Of a stretch of DNA of 64,000 nt, positions 18,412-28,102 are shown in pieces. The position numbers and the translations under genes are program-made. Source of the stretch: Bacteroidia bacterium (GTDB lineage Bacteria; Bacteroidota; Bacteroidia; NS11-12g; UBA9320); the NCBI GenBank assembly GCA_965216465.1, contig CBDCFW010000005.1:64001-128000 (forward strand), written 5' to 3'. Each line of letters opens with the position of its first letter. Position 1 is the first letter of the stretch. A model generated the notes under the pieces. The model was not told the DNA's origin and did not search any database. It worked only from the letters and a program-made list of their open reading frames with translations.

Positions 18412-21400
18412 ATGACTACCTTAAACAGGCTGTTTTTGGCATGTCTAGTTGTCGGAATGTTCTTATTTCTACCGACAGCCACACATGGCCAAACATCACA
18501 ACAAACTCCGACTCTAAAATCGATCAATCTTCCTTTTAATCTCGACGGTTACGTTGAAAGACAATCATCACTTTATGGTGACTGGACAAATGCAAATTTC
18601 TCCAATGGTCTTGACAGTGGATCTGTATTTGAAGATGACGGAACAGCGAAGATTATTCCATTAACATTTCATGTACACGATTCGTTCAACACTCCTATGA
18701 GTGGAACCGATGACGTGTTTGACGGGGGTAACAAGACCAATGCTGACCCAACAACTTGGGGATGGAAACTTGGTAACGTTCCTAACAAGGATGAGATGAA
18801 TAATGCAAACCTGCATTTCTCAGAGGCCGTCTCAAACGACGACATCTGGGTTGTAATGGCAGGTGACCGTTTTACAACAAACGGTACAAGTTATATCGAC
18901 TTTGAGTTTTATCAAAATCGATTAACCGCTCACCCTCCTGTCGGATCGACCAATGGTTATTTCTCCACGGCCGGCCCAGATTGTGGTAGAACGGTCGGTG
19001 ACCTCTTAATAACTGTTGAATATACCAATGGTGGTAGGGTCGACAGTATTTATTTCTATCGTTGGGCTTCCAGTACGTCTGCTTCATGCGGTTACGACTG
19101 GGAATCTTTTGTTATACCAGCTCAAAATGCTTTTGGATATGCAAACGACTCTATTATAGATGTTCCCTATACTGCTTTTGGAAATACCACATATACCGCC
19201 ATTCAGTTTGTTGAGGCAGCAATTAATATTTCTGAATTGGTAAAAGGGTCTTTATCTGTTGACTCTTGTACTGGTCTATATTTCGAAACTGTATTTGTTA
19301 AGACTAAAGCTTCTAATTCATATACAGCTGACTTGAAAGATATGATTGCTCCATTTCAATTGGAGTTGAATATTGGTGTTGCTCTAATTGAATATGACAG
19401 CTTTGTTTGTGCAGGTACTGGAACATATTCTCCAACTAACTCAGGTCCTTCTTCTACTGACGGAGGTACGTACTACTTACACCCAACCGGTTCTGGAGTT
19501 ACTATAAACAGTACCACCGGTGCTATTACGGTGGGTAATAATGCCTCAGGTACATACCGAATAATATATGAGTACGAACCGCGTCCAAACTGTACGAAGT
19601 TCGACACGGCCTATGTTGAAGTAGGTGCAACTTACGACATTACAACCTCACCAGTCACCGCCTGCGACAGTGCTCAGGTAGCTGGTACTTGGTATTATTC
19701 AAGTCAAGTTGTAGTTCAAAACCTGACTACGGTTCAAGGATGTGATAGTACAGTTTCTACTAATTTAACAATATTGCAATCTACTACAGGTACTCATTCT
19801 GCAACTGCATGTGATAGCTATACTTGGGATGGTACTACCTACACTACTTCTGGTAGTTACTCTAAAACCTACACCAATGCAGCGGGTTGTGACTCTGTTC
19901 ATACGTTAGTATTGACAATCAACTACTCGAACACAGGTACTAATTCAGTTACTGCATGTGATAGCTACACTTGGGATGGTTCTACATACACTACTTCTGG
20001 TAGTTACTCTAAAACTTATACCAACGTAGCGGGTTGTGATTCTGTTCATACTTTAGTATTGACAATCAACTACTCGAACACAGGTACTAATTCAGTTACT
20101 GCATGTGATAGCTACACTTGGGATGGTTCTACATACACTACTTCTGGTAGTTACTCGAAAACTTACACCAACGTAGCGGGTTGTGACTCTGTTCATACTC
20201 TAGTATTGACGATCAACTACTCGAACACAGGTACTAATTCAGTTACTGCATGTGATAGCTACACTTGGGATGGTTCTACATACACTACTTCTGGTAGTTA
20301 CTCGAAAACTTACACCAACGTAGCGGGTTGTGATTCTGTTCATACTTTAGTATTGACAATCAACTACTCAAACACTGGCACTAATTCAGTTACTGCATGT
20401 GATAGCTACACTTGGGATGGTTCTACATACACTACTTCTGGTAGTTACTCGAAAACTTACACCAACGTAGCGGGTTGTGATTCTGTTCATACTCTAGTAT
20501 TGACAATCAACTACTCTAACACTGGAACTAATTCAGTTACTGCATGTGATAGCTACACTTGGGATGGTTCTACCTACACTACTTCTGGTAGTTACTCGAA
20601 AACTTACACCAACGTAGCGGGTTGTGATTCTGTTCATACTTTAGTATTGACAATCAACTACTCAAACACAGGTACGAATTCAGTTACTGCATGTGATAGC
20701 TACACTTGGGATGGTTCTACATACACTACTTCTGGTAGTTACTCTAAAACTTACACCAACGTAGCGGGTTGTGATTCTGTTCATACTTTAGTATTGACAA
20801 TCAACTACTCGAACACAGGAACGAATTCAGTTACTGCATGTGATAGCTACACTTGGGATGGTTCTACCTACACTACTTCTGGTAGTTACTCTAAAACTTA
20901 CACCAACGTAGCGGGTTGTGATTCTGTTCATACTCTAGTATTGACAATCAACTACTCAAACACTGGTACTAATTCAGTTACTGCATGTGATAGCTACACT
21001 TGGGATGGTTCTACATACACTACTTCTGGTAGTTACTCGAAAACTTACACCAACGTAGCGGGTTGTGATTCTGTTCATACTTTAGTATTGACGATCAACT
21101 ACTCTAACACAGGAACTAATTCAGTTACTGCATGTGATAGCTACACTTGGGATGGTTCTACATACACTACTTCTGGTAGTTACTCGAAAACTTACACCAA
21201 CGTAGCGGGTTGTGATTCTGTTCATACTTTAGTATTGACAATCAACTACTCGAACACTGGTACTAATTCAGTTACTGCATGTGATAGCTACACTTGGGAT
21301 GGTTCTACATACACTACTTCTGGTAGTTACTCGAAAACTTACACCAACGTAGCGGGTTGTGATTCTGTTCATACTTTAGTATTGACAATCAACTACTCGA

Positions 21401-24400
21401 ACACAGGAACGAATTCAGTTACTGCATGTGATAGCTACACTTGGGATGGTTCTACATACACTACTTCTGGTAGTTACTCGAAAACTTACACCAACGTAGC
21501 GGGTTGTGATTCTGTTCATACTTTAGTATTGACGATCAACTACTCTAACACAGGAACTAATTCAGTTACTGCATGTGATAGCTACACTTGGGATGGTTCT
21601 ACATACACTACTTCTGGTAGTTACTCGAAAACTTACACCAACGTAGCGGGTTGTGATTCTGTTCATACTCTAGTATTGACGATCAACTACTCGAACACAG
21701 GTACTCATTCTGCAACTGCATGTGATAGCTATACTTGGGATGGTACTACCTACACTACTTCTGGTAGTTACTCTAAAACCTACACCAATGCAGCGGGTTG
21801 TGATTCTGTTCATACTTTAGTATTGACAATCAACTACTCGAACACAGGTACTAATTCAGTTACTGCATGTGATAGCTACACTTGGGATGGTTCTACATAC
21901 ACTACTTCTGGTAGTTACTCTAAAACTTATACCAACGTAGCGGGTTGTGATTCTGTTCATACTTTAGTATTGACAATCAACTACTCGAACACAGGTACTA
22001 ATTCAGTTACTGCATGTGATAGCTACACTTGGGATGGTTCTACATACACTACTTCTGGTAGTTACTCGAAAACTTACACCAACGTAGCGGGTTGTGACTC
22101 TGTTCATACTCTAGTATTGACAATCAACTACTCGAACACAGGTACGAATTCAGTTACTGCATGTGATAGCTATACTTGGGATGGTTCTACATACACTACT
22201 TCTGGTAGTTACTCGAAAACTTACACCAACGTAGCGGGTTGTGACTCTGTTCATACGTTAGTATTGACAATCAACTACTCTAACACAGGAACTAATTCAG
22301 TTACTGCATGTGATAGCTACACTTGGGATGGTTCTACATACACTACTTCTGGTAGTTACTCGAAAACTTACACCAACGTAGCGGGTTGTGACTCTGTTCA
22401 TACTTTAGTATTGACGATCAACTACTCAAACACTGGAACTAACTCAGTTACTGCATGTGATAGCTACACTTGGGATGGTTCTACATACACTACTTCTGGT
22501 AGTTACTCTAAAACTTACACCAACGTAGCGGGTTGTGACTCTGTTCATACGTTAGTATTGACAATCAACTACTCTAACACAGGTACTAACTCAGTTACTG
22601 CATGTGATAGCTACACTTGGGATGGTTCTACATACACTACTTCTGGTAGTTACTCGAAAACTTACACCAACGTAGCGGGTTGTGATTCTGTTCATACGTT
22701 AGTATTGACGATCAACTACTCTAACACAGGAACTAATTCAGTTACTGCATGTGATAGCTACACTTGGGATGGTTCTACATACACTACTTCTGGTAGTTAC
22801 TCGAAAACTTACACCAACGTAGCGGGTTGTGATTCTGTTCATACTTTAGTATTGACAATCAACTACTCGAACACTGGTACGAATTCAGTTACTGCATGTG
22901 ATAGCTACACTTGGGATGGTTCTACATACACTACTTCTGGTAGTTACTCGAAAACTTACACCAACGTAGCGGGTTGTGATTCTGTTCATACTTTAGTATT
23001 GACGATCAACTACTCGAACACAGGAACTAATTCAGTTACTGCATGTGATAGCTACACTTGGGATGGTTCTACATACACTACTTCTGGTAGTTACTCTAAA
23101 ACTTACACCAACGTAGCGGGTTGTGACTCTGTTCATACTTTAGTATTGACAATCAACTACTCGAACACTGGAACTAATTCAGTTACTGCATGTGATAGCT
23201 ACACTTGGGATGGTTCTACATACACTACTTCTGGTAGTTACTCGAAAACTTACACCAACGTAGCGGGTTGTGATTCTGTTCATACTTTAGTATTGACAAT
23301 CAACTACTCGAACACTGGAACTAATTCAGTTACTGCATGTGATAGCTACACTTGGGATGGTTCTACATACACTACTTCTGGTAGTTACTCGAAAACTTAC
23401 ACCAACGTAGCGGGTTGTGATTCTGTTCATACTTTAGTATTGACAATCAACTACTCGAACACAGGTACTAATTCAGTTACTGCATGTGATAGCTACACTT
23501 GGGATGGTTCTACATACACTACTTCTGGTAGTTACTCGAAAACTTACACCAACGTAGCGGGTTGTGACTCTGTTCATACTCTAGTATTGACAATCAACTA
23601 CTCGAACACAGGAACGAATTCAGTTACTGCATGTGATAGCTACACTTGGGATGGTTCTACCTACACTACTTCTGGTAGTTACTCGAAAACTTACACCAAC
23701 GTAGCGGGTTGTGATTCTGTTCATACTCTAGTATTGACAATCAACTACTCGAACACAGGAACGAATTCAGTTACTGCATGTGATAGCTACACTTGGGATG
23801 GTTCTACATACACTACTTCTGGTAGTTACTCGAAAACTTACACCAACGTAGCGGGTTGTGATTCTGTTCATACTTTAGTATTGACAATCAACTACTCAAA
23901 CACTGGTACGAATTCAGTTACTGCATGTGATAGCTACACTTGGGATGGTTCTACATACACTACTTCTGGTAGTTACTCGAAAACTTACACCAACGTAGCG
24001 GGTTGTGACTCTGTTCATACTCTAGTATTGACAATCAACTACTCGAACACAGGAACTAATTCAGTTACTGCATGTGATAGCTACACTTGGGATGGTTCTA
24101 CCTACACTACTTCTGGTAGTTACTCGAAAACTTACACCAACGTAGCGGGTTGTGATTCTGTTCATACTTTAGTATTGACAATCAACTACTCGAACACAGG
24201 AACTAATTCAGTTACTGCATGTGATAGCTACACTTGGGATGGTTCTACATACACTACTTCTGGTAGTTACTCGAAAACTTACACCAACGTAGCGGGTTGT
24301 GATTCTGTTCATACTTTAGTATTGACAATCAACTACTCGAACACAGGAACTAATTCAGTTACTGCATGTGATAGCTACACTTGGGATGGTTCTACATACA

Positions 24401-27400
24401 CTACTTCTGGTAGTTACTCTAAAACTTATACCAACGTAGCGGGTTGTGATTCTGTTCATACTTTAGTATTGACAATCAACTACTCGAACACAGGAACTAA
24501 TTCAGTTACTGCATGTGATAGCTACACTTGGGATGGTTCTACATACACTACTTCTGGTAGTTACTCGAAAACTTACACCAACGTAGCGGGTTGTGATTCT
24601 GTTCATACTTTAGTATTGACAATCAACTACTCGAACACAGGAACGAATTCAGTTACTGCATGTGATAGCTACACTTGGGATGGTTCTACCTACACTACTT
24701 CTGGTAGTTACTCGAAAACTTACACCAACGTAGCGGGTTGTGATTCTGTTCATACTCTAGTATTGACAATCAACTACTCAAACACTGGCACTAATTCAGT
24801 TACTGCATGTGATAGCTACACTTGGGATGGTTCTACATACACTACTTCTGGTAGTTACTCGAAAACTTACACCAACGTAGCGGGTTGTGATTCTGTTCAT
24901 ACTCTAGTATTGACAATCAACTACTCTAACACTGGAACTAATTCAGTTACTGCATGTGATAGCTACACTTGGGATGGTTCTACCTACACTACTTCTGGTA
25001 GTTACTCGAAAACTTACACCAACGTAGCGGGTTGTGATTCTGTTCATACTTTAGTATTGACAATCAACTACTCAAACACAGGTACGAATTCAGTTACTGC
25101 ATGTGATAGCTACACTTGGGATGGTTCTACATACACTACTTCTGGTAGTTACTCGAAAACTTACACCAACGTAGCGGGTTGTGATTCTGTTCATACTTTA
25201 GTATTGACAATCAACTACTCGAACACAGGTACGAATTCAGTTACTGCATGTGATAGCTACACTTGGGATGGTTCTACATACACTACTTCTGGTAGTTACT
25301 CTAAAACTTACACCAACGTAGCGGGTTGTGACTCTGTTCATACTTTAGTATTGACAATCAACTACTCGAACACTGGAACTAATTCAGTTACTGCATGTGA
25401 TAGCTACACTTGGGATGGTTCTACATACACTACTTCTGGTAGTTACTCGAAAACTTACACCAACGTAGCGGGTTGTGATTCTGTTCATACTTTAGTATTG
25501 ACGATCAACTACTCTAACACAGGAACTAATTCAGTTACTGCATGTGATAGCTACACTTGGGATGGTTCTACATACACTACTTCTGGTAGTTACTCGAAAA
25601 CTTACACCAACGTAGCGGGTTGTGATTCTGTTCATACTTTAGTATTGACAATCAACTACTCGAACACTGGTACTAATTCAGTTACTGCATGTGATAGCTA
25701 CACTTGGGATGGTTCTACATACACTACTTCTGGTAGTTACTCGAAAACTTACACCAACGTAGCGGGTTGTGATTCTGTTCATACTTTAGTATTGACAATC
25801 AACTACTCGAACACAGGAACTAATTCAGTTACTGCATGTGATAGCTACACTTGGGATGGTTCTACATACACTACTTCTGGTAGTTACTCGAAAACTTACA
25901 CCAACGTAGCGGGTTGTGATTCTGTTCATACTTTAGTATTGACGATCAACTACTCTAACACAGGAACTAATTCAGTTACTGCATGTGATAGCTACACTTG
26001 GGATGGTTCTACATACACTACTTCTGGTAGTTACTCGAAAACTTACACCAACGTAGCGGGTTGTGATTCTGTTCATACTCTAGTATTGACGATCAACTAC
26101 TCGAACACAGGTACTAATTCAGTTACTGCATGTGATAGCTACACTTGGGATGGTTCTACATACACTACTTCTGGTAGTTACTCTAAAACTTACACCAACG
26201 TAGCGGGTTGTGATTCTGTTCATACTTTAGTATTGACAATCAACTACTCGAACACAGGTACTAATTCAGTTACTGCATGTGATAGCTACACTTGGGATGG
26301 TTCTACATACACTACTTCTGGTAGTTACTCTAAAACTTACACCAACGTAGCGGGTTGTGATTCTGTTCATACTTTAGTATTGACAATCAACTACTCGAAC
26401 ACAGGTACTAATTCAGTTACTGCATGTGATAGCTACACTTGGGATGGTTCTACCTACACTACTTCTGGTAGTTACTCGAAAACTTACACCAACGCAGCGG
26501 GTTGTGATTCTGTTCATACTTTAGTATTGACAATCAACTACTCAAACACGGGTACTCATTCAGAAACTGCGTGTGACAGCTTTACTTGGGATGGTACCAC
26601 ATACTACACCAGTGGAAGCTATACGAATACTTACACCAATGCTGCAGGATGTGACTCTGTTCATACCCTAGTGTTGACTATCAATATTTCTCCTACAGTT
26701 ACTATGGACAGCTTAGATTGGGCTTGTACCAGCTATGATCCGTATGCACTTACAGGAGGATTGCCAGCAGGAGGTGTATATTCAGGTACTGGAGTGAACT
26801 CAAACACTGGAATCTTTGATCCTGAAGCTGCGGGTGAAGGAACACATACCATCACCTATACGTATACTGATGCCAATGGATGTACAGGTTATGACACAAC
26901 TACCATTGAAGTATACGTTTGTGGACCAACATACTGTACTCAAACACAAGGATTCTATGGACAAACAACAGGTAGAGCAACAAGTTGCGATTCAGCAAAA
27001 CGACTACAAGCAACTGCATTAATTGCAATGTTGATTCCACAGAATGATCCATTAATAATTGGAGACACTGCAGAAAGCTGCTCTGATAACTGGAGATCAT
27101 TTACAATTTATCATGGTGATTCATTAAATGTATCTGCAGTATTACCAGCAGGTGGACCTCAAACAGTTCTTGATGCAGTATCAGGAGGATGTAGTTCAAA
27201 TTCTGGAAGCAACAATTACTGGGGTACTAAATACAACTCTGAGTTTACCAACAATAAACTAGGAGAAATTAGTCCTAAGATTAAACAGAAAAAACGAACA
27301 ATGCGAATTCAAAACACCTTAGTGGGTCAAGCGATAGCTTTGAGTCTTAATGTTCGATTTGATGACAATTTAGGCGATTTAGTAATTGAAGGTGATTCGC

Positions 27401-28047
27401 TCATAACTCAGAAATCAGGTGCTTGTGACACCAATAGAATTATAACAATTAATAGTCCACAAGCTCATGGTATTCCAACATCAATCATGGATTACTTTGG
27501 AGGTGACTACACGGTTTATGAGTTGCTAGAACTGGTAAACAATGCACTATCTGGTAAATATACTCCTACAGCTGCTGGAGATCCTAGCTTATCAGAAATC
27601 AACAAAGCGGCTTCTACAATTAATGAAGCGTTCAATGAGTGTAGAGTACTTGTTGACTTCAAAGATGCCGCAAGTTCATCTTATGTATCTACTGAGAAGC
27701 CTACAATGAATATCAAGCCAGATACTAAGTGTGAAGATTGTGAGGAAACCACTACCGAGTATGTACAAGACGAGATAGTGATTAACTCTCCTGATATGCA
27801 AGTAAGTGCACTACCTAATCCATTTAGATCAGGACTACAGCTTACAGTTAAAGTTATGGAATCAAGTAACGGAACTGTATCAGTAGTTGACCAATTCGGT
27901 AAGGTTGTTTACTTGACTAATCAAAACTTGAAGAAAGGAACTAATACAATTGACATAGATGCGAATGGAATGAGAGCTGGTATCTACTTAATCAGAGTAG
28001 AGAATGCGACGAATTCAATTCAACTCAAAATGTTGAAAGTAAACTAG
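18412..28047 (+). CDS. Giant T9SS-secreted surface protein (~3,210 aa) with 47 tandem 49-aa Cys-paired repeats
   Basis: Signal peptide MTTLNRLFLACLVVGMFLFLPTATHG; unique N-terminal domain; repeat core; Ig-like module (GGVYSGTGV...FDP...TYTYTDANGC); CTQTQGFY domain; type A CTD (ALPNPF...GIYLIRV...KMLKVN). ATG 18412 preferred over TTG 18391. Confidence 0.92.
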   Translation: MTTLNRLFLACLVVGMFLFLPTATHGQTSQQTPTLKSINLPFNLDGYVERQSSLYGDWTNANFSNGLDSGSVFEDDGTAKIIPLTFHVHDSFNTPMSGTDDVFDGGNKTNADPTTWGWKLGNVPNKDEMNNANLHFSEAVSNDDIWVVMAGDRFTTNGTSYIDFEFYQNRLTAHPPVGSTNGYFSTAGPDCGRTVGDLLITVEYTNGGRVDSIYFYRWASSTSASCGYDWESFVIPAQNAFGYANDSIIDVPYTAFGNTTYTAIQFVEAAINISELVKGSLSVDSCTGLYFETVFVKTKASNSYTADLKDMIAPFQLELNIGVALIEYDSFVCAGTGTYSPTNSGPSSTDGGTYYLHPTGSGVTINSTTGAITVGNNASGTYRIIYEYEPRPNCTKFDTAYVEVGATYDITTSPVTACDSAQVAGTWYYSSQVVVQNLTTVQGCDSTVSTNLTILQSTTGTHSATACDSYTWDGTTYTTSGSYSKTYTNAAGCDSVHTLVLTINYSNTGTNSVTACDSYTWDGSTYTTSGSYSKTYTNVAGCDSVHTLVLTINYSNTGTNSVTACDSYTWDGSTYTTSGSYSKTYTNVAGCDSVHTLVLTINYSNTGTNSVTACDSYTWDGSTYTTSGSYSKTYTNVAGCDSVHTLVLTINYSNTGTNSVTACDSYTWDGSTYTTSGSYSKTYTNVAGCDSVHTLVLTINYSNTGTNSVTACDSYTWDGSTYTTSGSYSKTYTNVAGCDSVHTLVLTINYSNTGTNSVTACDSYTWDGSTYTTSGSYSKTYTNVAGCDSVHTLVLTINYSNTGTNSVTACDSYTWDGSTYTTSGSYSKTYTNVAGCDSVHTLVLTINYSNTGTNSVTACDSYTWDGSTYTTSGSYSKTYTNVAGCDSVHTLVLTINYSNTGTNSVTACDSYTWDGSTYTTSGSYSKTYTNVAGCDSVHTLVLTINYSNTGTNSVTACDSYTWDGSTYTTSGSYSKTYTNVAGCDSVHTLVLTINYSNTGTNSVTACDSYTWDGSTYTTSGSYSKTYTNVAGCDSVHTLVLTINYSNTGTNSVTACDSYTWDGSTYTTSGSYSKTYTNVAGCDSVHTLVLTINYSNTGTHSATACDSYTWDGTTYTTSGSYSKTYTNAAGCDSVHTLVLTINYSNTGTNSVTACDSYTWDGSTYTTSGSYSKTYTNVAGCDSVHTLVLTINYSNTGTNSVTACDSYTWDGSTYTTSGSYSKTYTNVAGCDSVHTLVLTINYSNTGTNSVTACDSYTWDGSTYTTSGSYSKTYTNVAGCDSVHTLVLTINYSNTGTNSVTACDSYTWDGSTYTTSGSYSKTYTNVAGCDSVHTLVLTINYSNTGTNSVTACDSYTWDGSTYTTSGSYSKTYTNVAGCDSVHTLVLTINYSNTGTNSVTACDSYTWDGSTYTTSGSYSKTYTNVAGCDSVHTLVLTINYSNTGTNSVTACDSYTWDGSTYTTSGSYSKTYTNVAGCDSVHTLVLTINYSNTGTNSVTACDSYTWDGSTYTTSGSYSKTYTNVAGCDSVHTLVLTINYSNTGTNSVTACDSYTWDGSTYTTSGSYSKTYTNVAGCDSVHTLVLTINYSNTGTNSVTACDSYTWDGSTYTTSGSYSKTYTNVAGCDSVHTLVLTINYSNTGTNSVTACDSYTWDGSTYTTSGSYSKTYTNVAGCDSVHTLVLTINYSNTGTNSVTACDSYTWDGSTYTTSGSYSKTYTNVAGCDSVHTLVLTINYSNTGTNSVTACDSYTWDGSTYTTSGSYSKTYTNVAGCDSVHTLVLTINYSNTGTNSVTACDSYTWDGSTYTTSGSYSKTYTNVAGCDSVHTLVLTINYSNTGTNSVTACDSYTWDGSTYTTSGSYSKTYTNVAGCDSVHTLVLTINYSNTGTNSVTACDSYTWDGSTYTTSGSYSKTYTNVAGCDSVHTLVLTINYSNTGTNSVTACDSYTWDGSTYTTSGSYSKTYTNVAGCDSVHTLVLTINYSNTGTNSVTACDSYTWDGSTYTTSGSYSKTYTNVAGCDSVHTLVLTINYSNTGTNSVTACDSYTWDGSTYTTSGSYSKTYTNVAGCDSVHTLVLTINYSNTGTNSVTACDSYTWDGSTYTTSGSYSKTYTNVAGCDSVHTLVLTINYSNTGTNSVTACDSYTWDGSTYTTSGSYSKTYTNVAGCDSVHTLVLTINYSNTGTNSVTACDSYTWDGSTYTTSGSYSKTYTNVAGCDSVHTLVLTINYSNTGTNSVTACDSYTWDGSTYTTSGSYSKTYTNVAGCDSVHTLVLTINYSNTGTNSVTACDSYTWDGSTYTTSGSYSKTYTNVAGCDSVHTLVLTINYSNTGTNSVTACDSYTWDGSTYTTSGSYSKTYTNVAGCDSVHTLVLTINYSNTGTNSVTACDSYTWDGSTYTTSGSYSKTYTNVAGCDSVHTLVLTINYSNTGTNSVTACDSYTWDGSTYTTSGSYSKTYTNVAGCDSVHTLVLTINYSNTGTNSVTACDSYTWDGSTYTTSGSYSKTYTNVAGCDSVHTLVLTINYSNTGTNSVTACDSYTWDGSTYTTSGSYSKTYTNVAGCDSVHTLVLTINYSNTGTNSVTACDSYTWDGSTYTTSGSYSKTYTNVAGCDSVHTLVLTINYSNTGTNSVTACDSYTWDGSTYTTSGSYSKTYTNVAGCDSVHTLVLTINYSNTGTNSVTACDSYTWDGSTYTTSGSYSKTYTNAAGCDSVHTLVLTINYSNTGTHSETACDSFTWDGTTYYTSGSYTNTYTNAAGCDSVHTLVLTINISPTVTMDSLDWACTSYDPYALTGGLPAGGVYSGTGVNSNTGIFDPEAAGEGTHTITYTYTDANGCTGYDTTTIEVYVCGPTYCTQTQGFYGQTTGRATSCDSAKRLQATALIAMLIPQNDPLIIGDTAESCSDNWRSFTIYHGDSLNVSAVLPAGGPQTVLDAVSGGCSSNSGSNNYWGTKYNSEFTNNKLGEISPKIKQKKRTMRIQNTLVGQAIALSLNVRFDDNLGDLVIEGDSLITQKSGACDTNRIITINSPQAHGIPTSIMDYFGGDYTVYELLELVNNALSGKYTPTAAGDPSLSEINKAASTINEAFNECRVLVDFKDAASSSYVSTEKPTMNIKPDTKCEDCEETTTEYVQDEIVINSPDMQVSALPNPFRSGLQLTVKVMESSNGTVSVVDQFGKVVYLTNQNLKKGTNTIDIDANGMRAGIYLIRVENATNSIQLKMLKVN
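19783..26691 (+). repeat. Intragenic tandem repeat, 47 x 147 bp (NTGTNSVTACDSYTWDGSTYTTSGSYSKTYTNVAGCDSVHTLVLTINYS)
   Basis: Unit starts at 19783, 19930, ... 26545, giving 6,909 bp = 47 x 147. A degenerate unit precedes it at about 19636-19782. Confidence 0.97.
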
Positions 28048-28066
28048 TCTAAGATACCCCTTCGAT

Positions 28067-28102
28067 AAAAAGAGGATTGAGCTTTGCTCAATCCTCTTTT
28101 TT
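28067..28102. terminator. Strong, probably bidirectional Rho-independent terminator
   Basis: AAAAAGAGGATTGAGC-TTT-GCTCAATCCTCTTTTT(T), about 20 bp after the giant gene stop. Confidence 0.9.

Noticed and set aside
19783-26691. 147-bp array as a CRISPR array or a diversity-generating retroelement target
   Set aside because: There are no unique spacers and the units are in-frame coding. Variation is synonymous and not adenine-specific, and no cas or reverse transcriptase gene lies in the window.
19783-26691. Ice-binding or ice-nucleation protein, suggested by TxT motifs (TGT, TYT x2 per unit)
   Set aside because: It lacks the 8/16-aa periodicity of InaZ-type or insect antifreeze solenoids. The 49-aa two-Cys unit looks like a discrete beta module. 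Not excluded, but unsupported.
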